A stretch of DNA of 63,683 nucleotides, the filler included, from Folioceros fuciformis (lineage: Eukaryota): assembly GCA_049999805.1 (NCBI GenBank). It is 4 parts of 4 records of this genome, joined end to end, with 100 filler letters (N's around TTAATTAATTAA, not from the genome) between each part and the next. Parts side by side here need not be neighbours in the genome. Positions count along the whole stretch, not along the records: positions 1 to 28,784 come from JBNGIO010003122.1; 3 more parts are not named here. One strand, 5' to 3'. The translations under genes and the position numbers were made by a program. Each line of letters begins with the position of its first letter. Position 1 is the stretch's first letter. Below are positions 1 through 12,890 of the stretch, in pieces. Under the pieces are notes generated by a model. That model had not been told where the DNA came from, ran no database searches, and worked only from the letters and a program-made list of their open reading frames with translations.

Positions 1-2148
1 TGGTGTTGCCAAAAATTAGCCTCTGGGCTTCTCTGCTTCCACTGGAATAGATGTAGGTCTGCCAAGAACATGTGCGTGAATTACAAGCGCCACAAAGACA
101 TGCAGATGGCCAGCTGCAGCCGGTAGCAGGGGATCACTGAGAGGGCGACCTTGTTTCCAAGAGAGTCCCACTGGGCCAATGCTTCAGGCACATCCTCAAA
201 AACCTCCCCCAGAAGCTCACCCTTAGCATATCCAGAACGCCATATATGGCCCTGTCAAGAAACGCGCATTAGAAGGAGCAGGAGGAGGAGAAGGAGAAAC
301 GTTGTTCCATGCCGTTCATGATGCTGGTCTCGTGATAGAAACATAGGCACCTGCAGTTCCTTCAACGCAGTAATCTTCCTATCAGCAGCTATCATGGCAT
401 TCACATTAGCCACCAATGCCGTGATAATGCCTAACTCTGTGCTCTCACTTTCTGAAGGAATCGGCTGAGCACCGGGTACTTCTGCCTTCAGGTCGTCAAG
501 CACCTGCTCATGAGAGTATCAGCGAGTGCAGATTACCACAGCCATCCCACCACCACAGCAAAGAGGTGTAACCGTTACCTGCTGGCGGAGAAGTCTGATG
601 TCGTTCTGCGTTTCTTCCGAATTATACGTTGATCTGAGATGGACTTCCACGTTATCCCGGGCATACGGAAAAAGTACATCTGTCACAAAAGATATTGGCG
701 TGGTGGTCCCTTCGATGTCCAGAACGTATATATGCTGCACCTCACGCACATAAAGTCCCTCAGACACAAGACAAGACAAATGACCTTCGCTAGCAGTCAT
801 GACTTACTGGAAGCTTCTTATCTGGAAGTGACCCGTCCACAGAGAACGATGGCTTGGCAGAAGCAGCAAGCTTCAGTGGACCGTGCTTTGGGTCAGCTGG
901 ATCCAGACCCAACTGATGGAGCTTGAGGGCAGCCTCGAATAGATAGTGATAGCATTCGGCCTGCACTGTCACAAGACTCACGGTGGGCCCTGGACTCCAT
1001 ACAACATGCTCCAACCACAAAAGAATGTTGCTCTGGACTGCTAACAGCATTGACTAATATATCTCACTTGCGTCTTGGCACTGATCCAAGAATCCCCCCA
1101 GATATAAATTCCATGGTTCCTGACAAGCACTGCCGAGCTCTTCGGGTATGCAACAATCTGCAGGGGAATTCCCAACACCACATGAGTGTCATTGCACTTA
1201 CTCCTTCTTAAGCATGTGGTTAGACATACAGAAGCTCTGTCTGTCTGACTTATGGCAGGCCAAGAACCTACCGCTTCAGCAAGGGCATCCGTAAGCTCGT
1301 ACTCTCGCGCAGAATTCTCAATGATTGGCACAACAAGCTCATCGTAGTAACCATGTCCAGCGATGCCTTTGATCATCTCCATGTGTGTGATCTGGCACAG
1401 GCAACGAAAGGAGTACGTCACGATCCATTTTCTAACCTGATCAGACCAGACCTTCCTTAATCTAGCAGCAACAACGTGGAACCAGACCACATCATGCTGA
1501 CATGTGGGTCGATCAAACGATTGTTGCTCAAAGAAGAATTAAGCTAGCATACCCGGAATTCCTTTGCCGTCGGGTCTATCATAGTTGCCAAGCAAGACTC
1601 CAATCCATGACTGTGTATGACAGCCCCGGCATTCCTCATCAAGTATGCCTGAGAGCAAACAAGGCAGATGCAGTTCTCCAGTAAGAACCATCCGCAGCAC
1701 TCAAAACGATAATGCTTAAGCCTGACCCGGTATACCTTCAAAAACAAAGGGGCACATTCGCTGCATTTGGGTGGTCTGTGAGGGGCAGGCTTTGCAGGTG
1801 GTGTGCGAAGAGCAGACCCATCTGCCCGCAACACATACATATCCTCCGGAAGCATCCTCTCTTTCTGCACTCCTAGCAAACCCAAAACCCAGAAGGAAAT
1901 TCGGTCACCAGCTCCACATGGACCCGACGTAGACCCAACAAATTCAGCACGCAAAGCGGACCTGATGGAGCCATGACGATAAGCCTCTCAGGCGGCGGCA
2001 CTTTCTCATCGTGGACCTTCAATGTGATGCTACCGCCCGTGCCCGAGACCCATCCCAGCTGATAGAATTGCTTGCACAACTGCGCAGCCAGATCCATGGC
2101 TTCCTTCACAGCATCACTCTCCAGCGCTGCCTCCACCTCCTCACCCAT
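1..2148 (-). CDS. DEP1: Bifunctional methylthioribulose-1-phosphate dehydratase / enolase-phosphatase E1 (multi-exon, 3' end outside the window)
   Basis: Exon translations: [106 protein letters not shown] (class II aldolase/MtnB) followed by [56 protein letters not shown] (HAD/MtnC). GT-AG introns, e.g. exon 1 2148-1962 and exon 2 1872-1736. Confidence 0.95.
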
Positions 2149-2962
2149 CGATCAAGCACAGACACAATTCGCACACCCTCAACACTGACAGCCCGATTTG
2201 TGATTCGTGGCCTTGGGATCTTGTTATCCCAAAGGAATGGACGACGTACGTAAACCAGGCTCAAACAAATCGAGACCAAGACACCCTGACAGACAGCACC
2301 ATCACGGGAGGAACGTATCGAGACGTTCAGCAGCTGCTGCCCACGAGCTCCATCACTGATTCATTCTCAGCACCTGCTCCTGATGGAACCTGACACTTCA
2401 CGGATAATTTGGAGCAATTTTGGGAACGTTCATCCCTGAACGCAATTGAGAAGGTTATCACATTTGAGTCTCCAGTTTGGTGTGTGAAGGAGGTTCTAGA
2501 CCAGCAACCGGGTAGTCTAATGTTTCTGTTTTTTCCTCCACAATCGAGGTTGTTTCATCACATTTGCGGCTGAACTGTTGTGTGATATGGAGCTCGTCAC
2601 AAGGAATTGGCAAAAGTCCGCTGTCTCTTCCGGTTCTCAAGTCCAGTCTACGATATCATCGTCGAGCATGATTTTATGGGTTTCATCGCTCTGCACAGGA
2701 GCATCAGCAACTTCAAATCAAAACTCTTGAATAATTTACAATAAGAACTGAATGAATCCCTAAGCAAGTCTCTCTGGTGAAGCCCACCTATTCAGGTTCC
2801 TTCCCAAGACAGGAACCCCAATCCCAAATCTGTCCACTGCAAAATTTGCTACATCATGCCATAAAGTAGGGGCAGGGGGCGGGAATGGCTGGGCTGGCGC
2901 TGGGCTGCCTCTGGCATAACGACTTCATTGCCACCTGAGCGACTCTTCGAATTTTACCGAAG

Positions 2963-4103
2963 CTAGACTACAGCAGTTTTGAACGACGGACTCGGATCTC
3001 TTAAAAGCCCTTGCCGTTGAGATGAGAGTTGCTGACGTACGTGATCAGTCCCGAATCTTCGAATTGAGTACCTCATCACCGGGAACAATACGAGATAGAG
3101 AAGGACAAGTATGAGGGGCGCGAACATCAACCACCCTACCAGCTGCAAAGGGCCAAGCAGAGAATCATGTACTCAGCATGGTAGCATGGTGTCTTCTCAA
3201 AAGAGGTGCATTTCAGACCACATCAAGACTGCTCCAACTTACCGCATGCAACAACCCTAGCAACACTGCTTTAGAGGCTCGACCAGTGATGGCACTCCAA
3301 AGTGCACTCTTCGACAGGAGCAGGTGCTTGCCTCCAGTAACCCATTCTCCAGTGCGCAGAAAAGGCACTATCAAGCTGCAAACAGTTCGCACATATTCAA
3401 GCTACAGTAAGAGGGGGTCCATGACTTTCAACGACAAAGATTCATCTGAACACAAACAAATGGCAAGACGACGTCACCTACGTAATCTCTATGGGGGTGG
3501 CAAGTAAATTTGCAAGCATCAATGTAGGAGCATGACAATGAGATCCCAGCAGCACAGCTGCAAACCCACATAGTATGACTGTCACACCTGCACATAAGAC
3601 AAGCAAACCGATTCAGGTCATGAACCTAGCTATTCCGGAACCGGAGCATTGCAGACATCGATAATGGTCCAGTACCATAGATGGGAAATATTCCTAGAGT
3701 CAGGCCAAGCGCTGCTGAGAAAGCCAATTGCTTCGGTTCACTGCCTCTGCGTCCCCACCAAACCCACTTTCGCAATGAGCCCATGAAACTCCTGCAATGC
3801 ACTCATGGATACACCAGAATCCCCACCCTCTACGCCGCACCGCAATGCAACCCAATGCGATGGTCCCAGATACCTGGAAACAATCAGATAAAGGGGATCC
3901 ACGATCTTCACTCTGGCCCATCGCACCAGCCACCAGCTCCGGAAGCCGCTGTGCCCTGCCATGCCCTCCTCGTGGATTCTCTCTTGGCTGCCACTGCCTA
4001 CAGAAACGCGTATCTGGTCTGAAGAAGAGACATTGTTCGCATCTGCCTGCTCCCTATCCAAAGCCTCCCGATCTGAATTCGACAGCAGAGACTCACTCGA
4101 CAT
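2963..4103 (-). CDS. DUF2062-like conserved plant membrane protein (about 5 exons)
   Basis: Spliced translation KIVDPLYLIVSR|GSEPKQLAFSAALGLTLGIFPIYG|VTVILCGFAAVLLGSHCHAPTLMLANLLATPIEIT|LIVPFLRTGEWVTGG...LLGLLHA|LVGWLMFAPLILVLLYLVLFP matches the recalled plant DUF2062 pattern. ATG at 4103, stop at 2963. Confidence 0.85.
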
Positions 4104-4899
4104 TGTGGGTGTAAAGGCGTTCTAAGTTGGGAACGAAATCAGAGAAATTCAGAACGAGGCGCCACGGATCTGCCATTGCTGCGCTCCAGACTTTGTTGGC
4201 AGAACTGGCCATTGCCATGCCCAGATGCGCTTGCTGCTACGTGTTGCTTCCTGGGTTGAAAATCGATTAATGCTGCACCTTCTCTTAACTAAAACCCAAA
4301 CCACACCACTAACCACGGTTACCCGCACCAGTTCGTGGCCGACTCATCAACGGCTCGTGGCACGCCATATGCTCACCACGTGGATAGATCCGATCTCACC
4401 TCAGGTTTAACATTTTATCCCTAATGTTAGGGCATGCATCTCAAATCTCCGAAGCAATGAATGCTTCACTCGTGTGAAATCCTACGTGGCATGTCATACC
4501 CCGTCCATCCAAAGCATAGTACTAAAATTTGTGGAACGACATATGGTACCACGAATTTTACGGTATATTTATTCTCAATGTATTTCTATATTTAAACCCT
4601 AAAATGGATCATAAAGAACGTAGTAAAATACTTAATAAATAATAAATATACCAGCATGAAATGATAATACTCAAAATCACGATGAGAGGCGCCCACCATC
4701 ATTTCCAACAAGAATAACCTACCATTCAAACTCAAGATCCAAGTTTTCACCATCATGCTCATAGTTAGGAGTGTGTTGAGGATGTGACGAAGTCATTGAG
4801 GAATCACTGAAGGAACTTGAAGTGTGGGAAATATTGTCCAAAGTTTGCTTAAGAAATCATGGATGTTGCTGAGAATGGGAGTGAGTCGTGAGGAGTAAC

Positions 4900-6560
4900 T
4901 CTTTGTCGGAATCGGACATGTGTTGGAAGGGCAGTGTGGTTGTGGGGGCGTAAGGTGTGTACGCCCGTGGAGCCAAATTGTATAAGTGTGTAACTATGGG
5001 GTGTCAAGTAACCTCAACCCGCTACTCTGGAAACCTGGGCAGGAACCCCCGAGTAGAAACCCATGGTGATACAGGAAACAACATGTGTTAGTTAGGACTT
5101 CGCAGTGGGACCCACCATGGCAGTGGAATCTGCTACCGGTTGTGGAGACCTCTACCGGTCACAGAGTGGCAGTGGTTGTAGAAACCCCTACCTCGGTGGT
5201 GGAGTGAGGACTGAAGCTATAGAGCCGAGTCTGTGGTAGCTAGACCACCTGCGGGGTAGTGGTAGTGGAGCTGGGGGTAGGTAAGACCTGACCTAGGTAA
5301 GAATTAATTTTAGAAGAAACCTGTATGACTTGGCACAAATCATTCCTTTGGAATCAAATCCCACGGCTACAATGGCATAGAGGGTCTGTGTGGACCTCGC
5401 GGTGTCCTTGGACATATTATTTTCCTCCACAAAGTCTAAACAACATACTTCTATAGGCTTCTGACAGAGGATTGGAGTGAGAAGGAAATGGGGAGGAGCA
5501 CGGATGCAACAGAGGTGAACAGTGGTATGAGGGGCAAGGAACAGGGGTGATAGGATCCGGGAGTGAAGCCGATACCCACCCCAAGCCTTGCCGTGAGGTA
5601 GTAACCAAGGAGGAGAGGAGAGGTGGAGATGAAATTCAACCTCAATACAGACCGAAGACGAAGTTGCTAGGACTTAGTGCATTGTAGACTTACTATTGGT
5701 GGTTTGCCAGACAAGTCGTTGTAGCCAAAAATCATCGGGTGCATCCCGTGAGCATCGTGGTTCTTCTTCGTTCCGAGGGACGGTTGTTCGATCCCTCCGA
5801 GGTTTGTCGTACCCCGCTCAAACGCGGCTAGGGTGTCTCAAGCTGGGTGAAGGGAGCCCAAGATAGCGATCTCTCTACGGATCATGGGGTGGTAGGAAAG
5901 GAGATGGAGTGCACGGGTCGAGATGGAAAGAAAACTCCGAGGCCATTGTTTGATTAAGATGCAAGGTCTTTATACAAAACCAAACCACAAGTTGATCGGA
6001 CCTACCAAGCCCAACCTAAGTTGATCGGACCAGTAGCTGGAGGTCCAGGGAACTGGGTTCTACATGATGAGGCTCCAGACTACTTGGCGCTGTGTGTTCG
6101 CTAGAGGGAGGGGTCGGAGTAGTCGAAGCTACTATAGCCTCCGCGGTCTTACTCAAGACCTGGAGGACTTCGCCATGGAAGAACGCATGGCTATCATCCA
6201 GTTGGTGGATGTCATCCACGACCATGCGCCGAAGCATTCGATACTTCGATCGCCATCGGGCCTCTAGCAAGTCAACGTGTTTTGCGGCAACAAAGGCAAA
6301 GTACTTTCGGAGTTCTTCGAAGGCCTTCAATGTGATCGTGGCCAACTCCACCAGATATAGGTGAGAGACAGCCTCCGTCTGGGCTCATGGTAGCGTAACC
6401 TCCCGATGATCTTCACGTACCTCGTAGTTCGCGAGCTGAGCCTGCAACTCCTTCGTTTTGGCCCGAGACTTGTTGGCTTGCCTAACCAGCGTCTTCCATT
6501 CTTCCTCCCATGATTGCCAGTGACTTTGCATATTCTCGCGCATCCGCATCATATCGAACT
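4900..6560 (-). mobile_element. Heavily decayed, unclassified retroelement-like sequence (gag-like fragments)
   Basis: Broken coding-like stretches on the minus strand (e.g. 6016-6351, helical and Pro/Ser-rich), no introns or host-gene similarity recognised. Boundaries approximate. Confidence 0.3.
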
Positions 6561-6680
6561 TCTGTCAAGCATGATCGTGTGCTATCGCTTAGATGCATGC
6601 AAACAGTAATTAGTTAATAATTAAGTGATGCTAATAAATAGCATTTTGTTAAGTAATAACTATTTAGTTAAGATTATTAG

Positions 6681-6703
6681 ATAATATAATATAATATAAT
6701 ATA
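6681..6703. repeat. (ATAAT)n microsatellite
   Basis: ataatataatataatataatata. Confidence 0.8.
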
Positions 6704-6779
6704 AAGTCAATTCAATAAATACACAACTAGATGTGAGGATGTGGCTGCAACAAGTCTCAAGTTGCAGGCATAAAAGCCT

Positions 6780-9720
6780 AGCTCAGCAGTGTCCGCTACA
6801 ATTGTAAGCTCGTATTCTCTTGCTTTCTATGGAATAGGCTTTCTCTGGAGGGAGCATTCTTTTGAGTGAATCCTCTTTGAAGTGCATTCTCTTGTTAGAA
6901 ATCCGGTTGAGGTGTGCGTGTGTGCAGTGTGCAAGATCATGTGACCCAATCGAGGATTTGAGTTGCCAAGCTACAGCTTTGAGAAGTGTGGATGCAGGTA
7001 GAGGAGATTTTGTGGTGTCTGAAAGAAGCAAATGCTTCACTCTTACAAGCTTACAGCTCTTAGGCAGGCTCGTTGAGAGAATATGAGTTGCTCAAAGGCT
7101 AGATTAAGCTTGGAAGTTTCAACTCTCAAGGCTTGTTGCAAGACACTAGTTGTTGAAGAGCTGAAAAGTTGGGAAGGTAGCCAAGTCATGAGTAGAGGCT
7201 GACAACGAGAAGGAGCTTTTAAGGCCACAAGGAAGAGCTTCAGCAAGTCAAATGGAGGAGCTAGTTGTTGGAAGATCATGGCACAACGAATTCCTACACA
7301 CTTGGAGGCATCATGGGTATGAGATTCATGGTGTAAAAAAAAAAGCAGCAACTCGATCGCCAAGAAGATGCCCTTAGCTTTGTCACGAGGGTAGTGCATG
7401 GGGTGCAGCCTGACCGCGAGGGCAGGGTGGGGGTGCAATGAGCTTAGGTACAGACTGTTGTTAAGCGCGCGTGTGGATGAAGTACCTAAATAACGAACTT
7501 GCCCAATCAAAGTGCATTGATCGCCACCTGCTCCATGTACTTTCGGTAATCAGGAGCCAGCCAGTACAGCTAGACAGTGTTCTTTGGCTCCTTCACACAT
7601 ATGGCCACCGGATCCACCAGGATCTTGCTAGCAAGTACCATGTCTCGTTACATCATAGTTGGGACATCACGGTCACCCCTATCTAAGAGCTGGAACACCG
7701 ACTAGTCGCCCAGCATAATTTCAAAATACAAAGCCCGGAGCACTAAGGTGCCCATTTCGAATACCTCTCCACCCCACGCCGAGTCAACATAGTCTTCCTC
7801 TAGAACTTTAGGAGGAGACAATGCCTTCAACAAATTTGACTTTCTTAGCATTGTCGGGTGAAGCCAACACCATGAATGTGTCACCAACTTCTATATTTTC
7901 TCCAATCTCCTCAACATCATCGGGCGCTCCGCTCGCTCCACTAGGACTCGAACTTTCCTTGGGCAGCCTTGACCTCAAAATCTGCCACCTTTTGGTTTTA
8001 GGGGTTTAAGCCTTGGCTCTTGATAACCATGTGGTTTGTGTCTGGTTTGTCTCTAGCAGCTTGCACCCTCTTCCTCTTCCATGGGCACATAGGTCACCTT
8101 AGTGTCATGGGTACCGTCTCCACCTGTGGGCATTTCATCACCACTGCTTGGCCATCTTCTACAATAGAGGCTATGAGCACATATGTGGCCAATTCACCAT
8201 CTTTGTCCAGTTCACCACCCCTAGCAATGTCTAGTATCACTAGAATGCCATTTGTGTGATTAATTGTCACTTCAGTCCCATCGAGCATTTCACCACTAGA
8301 TACAACACATATCTCACGAGCCACTTCATTGACGTCTGCCAAATCTCCTTGTGGGGCAACATCTCCTTTAGTAGGTGGCACTTCCAGTATGTTGTCCACT
8401 ACATCACTAGCTGCCAATTCACACTGGTTGGCCACTTTGTCGGCCAATGCCACATCTTCTGTAGTGGGCACTACGTTATTGTCGTCTACAGGGACAGTAG
8501 GGTCGACTGCTACACCGGCTATCAAGGGCATTTCCCTCTCAACCATGAGCTGATGCAAGTGCATCGGATGTGGAGAAGGAGCCCACTGTGATAGTGGCAA
8601 CTAACTCAGATGAGGTTTAGGCTGATGGTGGCAGGTTGCTCGTGGGCAACCAACAAAATTGACAACTCCAACATTGGCTCCAGCACAGTTTGGGCTCCCT
8701 TTTCCACCTCCTCCTACACATGCACGCTACTAGGAGTCAACACTGAGCACCTTATCACACTGTTCCCTATTGTTTGAACATCGTCCTCACTGAGAGGGAC
8801 TGGGTTTATCCTTGGAACAACAATGTTCGATGGGTTTAGCACATAATTTTGCATGTGCCAGCAATCCTACGTTTGTGGCTTGCCATGATGAGGAAGGGCT
8901 ATCCTTGGAGGAGTGATCTCCACATGGCTTGGTCCAAGAGTGTGGGCTAGCGGGGACAAGGGTGGAAGGCAACTGCATATGCCTTCACATGAGCCAAGGA
9001 CACACCAATCAAAGCATATGACAACAACTCCCCTAGTTTCATAAACAAAAGACATACGACACACGTCACTCACTTGGAGAGTCACTTCAACAACTTCCTT
9101 GATGGCTGGCGTACACGGGCTTGATTTTGGGTACTTGAGTACACAACCCCTCCCTTTAAGCAACCCTCTAGCTGTTTGAAGTCCCACAGCAGCTCATGGT
9201 ACTCCCCTGTCCACTCCAACTCCTGGTTTAGTTGCCAATGTTTCATCTGTACAACACTTGTGAATGGCCACCCTTTGGCTTTCAGCCATTGTGGGGGCAC
9301 TTGCAACTTTCAATCAACCCGTGGACAGCTCACAACAAACTAAAATGTTTGGTACAGACAAGCATCATGGTAGGAAAACAAAGTTGTTGCATGAAAATCA
9401 CCTTCAGTCACAAGACAAAGTAATGAGCGAATGCACAAAACAAACATGAGCGCTATACGCCAAATCCAGCCTGTCTTACCGCGAAATGAGCCTAGAAGCA
9501 GGATGTCCAATGCCTGAAAACGGTAGGAACTCAAGCACCAAGCTTCTGAAAAAAAAGGAAGCTACCACCCAACTCGCCACTCATGCCTCGAAACAGGAGC
9601 AAGGAACCATGATGTCGAGTGCTAGAAAACCACAAGGACTCACACCACAAGCACTTGATAAAAAGGAATCCACCACCCACCTTCCCACTCATTCCTGCAA
9701 ATAGGAGCCTCAAAGGAGGA
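6780..9720 (-). mobile_element. Degenerate L1-type LINE 5' part (ORF1 remnant and 5' UTR)
   Basis: Frameshifted zinc-knuckle-like GVVVICFD..LG/HVKAY near 8975-9035, preceded by KEVVEVTLQVSDVCRMSFVYE (typical pre-knuckle context of plant LINE ORF1), then a long acidic low-complexity region. Degenerate direct repeats at ~9540-9600 and ~9650-9710 resemble 5' UTR monomers. Confidence 0.5.
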
Positions 9721-11068
9721 TGCCTTGTGCTGCAAACATGGGAAGTCGAATGGAGGACAGTGTTTCCCCCCCAACTGTGAGTAACACATAGGCCAACAAC
9801 ATGTCAAAAAAAAAAACCCAACGTGAACATGAAGTTCACAATCTCTTGCACACTCATATGCACCCGCAAGCATCATAACCTTAAACCTTCGTGCCCCCTA
9901 AACAGGTGCTTGCTTTCCGTTCTTAAACTTCCCTCTCATCACTGGCAACAACAATGCCTAAACTACTAGATGTTGCAGAGGCTAGGTTAATGAAACCCAC
10001 CTTTGACGCACATAGGTCTACAAAAATGGCCCCAAATGAGTAGTAAACGTTCTAGTCCTCCAAAACGATGGAAGCCATCTCCCATTCTGCCCCACAATCT
10101 TCATACCATGAATTGAGAACCAGATCTCGCAAGGGTACCAGGTCCCTCCTAATAGTTGCGGCAGCAACAGCAGAGGATTAATAGGGACAACCAATGAGCA
10201 CCAGGGGAAAAAAAAAAATTATCCCTAGATGTGTTCTCTTTGCATAGTGGCTTCGTTATGTAGCGACCGCAGCAGTATGTATGGGTGCCAAAGCCCTCTT
10301 TTCCAACAGCAGCATCATGGATGAGCAGCATGAGGTAGTCACCAGCCAAACGAGCAAGGAGTCAAGCAGATGCACAAGGCCACAAACTTGGTTCAATAGG
10401 TAGCAACCAACAGTAGAGACAGGGATGGGGAGGGCACTCATGCCAGGAGCATCAGCGTTGTTGCTATCACCATGGATCACTACGAGCACACCACCCTTCA
10501 CTACCAGAAGAACAAATCGCCACCACAAGAAATGACCCAACCGACCCAACTCGCTAGAATAGAATCTTGAAACCGAAGTCACATATAAAAGAAGGTAATT
10601 AAAACTTACAAAAGTAACTTTTTTATTTTGGTAAAAATTAAAACATAACATAGATCAATCCTAAAAAAATATTTTTTCTATGATAATAAAAGTAATTACT
10701 TAAAATAAAATGTGGAAAGGTAACATAAATATACAAACCACCATTCTCTCTTTGTCACAACATGACCTTTTGTACTTGTGCCAATTGGTTCAAAAGTGTG
10801 GCACCAAAGCATGCTTACATCCAACTATGGCCTTTTAGGCATGTTATCCCTAGGGAGATATTGCATGCCAGCAATGCACTAGGAATTGGACCAAGAAATT
10901 GGAAACTACTAGGTTCTGTGAGGCACACATAGTTGAGTGTTCTTCATCTTACAGATCCATTTTTTCCATTATTTAGATTACTTTCGTTCCACACACATCT
11001 TTGCCATAACCTCCAGCTCCGCGCTGACATGACCACAACGAGAGACCAATTCTCATTCTCTGCGTGAG

Positions 11069-11197
11069 AATTGGGCTGCAACAAGCATTGCGTTGTTTGA
11101 GAAGGCTAATCAAGAGGACGATTGGGTTGCAACAAGCATTGCATTGTTTGGGAAGACTAATCAAGAGGACCATTGGGAAGACTAATCAAGAGGACCA
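11069..11197. repeat. Tandem repeat, ~51-bp unit x2 plus a partial copy
   Basis: attgggYtgcaacaagcattgcRttgtttgRgaagRctaatcaagaggac repeated, then a third gggaagactaatcaagaggacc. Confidence 0.85.
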
Positions 11198-11704
11198 TCA
11201 GTTGTGCCGATTGAGCTAGAATTATCTTACAATTTAAGCATTGGTTTTGGTGACAACATGAACTTTCTTTGTTTCTATACTATGTGTTAAGATATGTTTG
11301 AGAATTGCAAATAATTTTGTATGACATCAAGGTGATTGAGTATTTTAACGCAAATTGTGAACAATCCAAGTAGTAGCATTGGATGATAAGAATTGCATTG
11401 GACAAGTTGAAACACTTCATACTCTTAGATTAAAGACAAACACATTATGAACATTTTAGCTTATTAGGGTTAGTCAAACCCATAATTTAGATATAGTAGG
11501 GTTTAAAGTGATATGTATTCATCCCGATTGTGAAAAACCTTTGATTTGTGACCACAATGAGTTTGACTCACTAAGAAAATATCACAATGAACCAGATCAT
11601 TATGGGGATACCATGATGAATTTAACTCCATTAAGAAATAGCATAATGAATTTATCCTGTTAAATAGAAATCATTATGAGTTGAACTCATAAGAAGCTAT
11701 AAAT

Positions 11705-11933
11705 AGTAATAACTATTTTAGCTCAAATATAACTCTAAGTAATAACTATCATAAGAAGCTATAAATAGTAATAACTATTTTAGCTCGAATAGAACTTTAA
11801 GTAATAATTATTTTAGCTCGAATAGGACTCTAAGTAATAACTATTTTAACTCGAATAAGACTCTAAGTAATAATTATTTTAGCTTGAATAAGACTCTAAG
11901 TAATAACTATTTTAACTCGAATAGGATTCTAAG
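11705..11933. repeat. AT-rich 33-bp minisatellite, about 6-7 copies
   Basis: Unit agtaataactattttagctcgaataggactcta with point variants. Confidence 0.9.
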
Positions 11934-12061
11934 CTTAAATATGGGTAGTCAAGCCCTTTAACATACGTTGGGAAGAAAAACACTCACTCCACTTTGCTTC
12001 TTGGCTAGCCCAATTTCTAGTCACTTGCAGCTGGGTAGTTTTCAGTCACTTGGAGCTAGGT

Positions 12062-12156
12062 AGTTTTTTCGGTATAGCAAGTGATGCTTGGGAGTTTTTT
12101 GGGTATAGCAAGTGATGCTTGAGAGTTTTTTCGGTATAGCAAGTGATGCTTGGGAG
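12062..12156. repeat. 31-bp tandem repeat x3
   Basis: Unit agttttttcggtatagcaagtgatgcttggg. Confidence 0.9.
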
Positions 12157-12890
12157 GTAGTCAATCTGTATGGTTTTTTATTTTATTGTAAATAATATAT
12201 ATAGGTCTCATAGCTATCTTTCACCTTAAAGAAGAATAGGAATACCTTTGGTGATGTTGACCAACTGCCTTGTGCATGAGCATGAGAAAGAAATTGATTT
12301 TAGGAGTGGAATGAAAGGAAGGGGGAAAGAGAGCGACGGAGGGACATGGAGTTTATTTATATTTAGCGTAGCTTTTGAGGTGTTATTTATGATTATTTGA
12401 TTATTTCGTGGGCTTAGCGCTTAGCCTTAGCCGGGACCCGGGGGCCAGTGCGGGTCCGGGAGCTTAGTAGGATCCAAGCCTGGCTAGCTTGATGGGAATG
12501 AGAAAACATGGGCGTGTGCAGTGGAGACAGAGGATGGGCTTGGCACCCTTTGGGTTTACATGGATGCGAGACAAGGCTGGAAAATGGAGTCTGATGGACT
12601 GTGCACATGTGTGATGACACAGAGCGTGATGAGCGTCGGCGTGGGTGTCGGCAGCAGCAGCACATTCCCGTCCCGGCTGCGGAAACGGAATCCTGGCAGG
12701 AAGCAAGCACTGCTGCTGCAACGTGATTATACCTGCTCCTGCAATGCCAATGTAGGGTCGGAGTTGCACCGAAGAACGCGGCCTGGGCTCCCACTTCCTA
12801 ACCAAGCCACCAGCGAAGCTTGGTCGCCAAATATGAGCTAGGACACAGGTTTTCTAATGTTGCACCACCCAGGTGCTTAGCAGCACGGAT

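Noticed and set aside
1-2148. Dehydratase-phosphatase fusion as a novel gene fusion
   Set aside because: This is the standard plant DEP1 architecture.
2458-2640. Short minus-strand ORF between DUF2062 and DEP1
   Set aside because: Non-ATG start and no recognisable motif; could be UTR or a decayed exon, but unsupported.
11705-11933. 33-bp repeats as a CRISPR array
   Set aside because: Head-to-tail minisatellite without spacers.
12414-12841. Overlapping ORFs upstream of the SAGA-subunit gene
   Set aside because: GC-rich 5' UTR/promoter sequence with no recognisable protein features.
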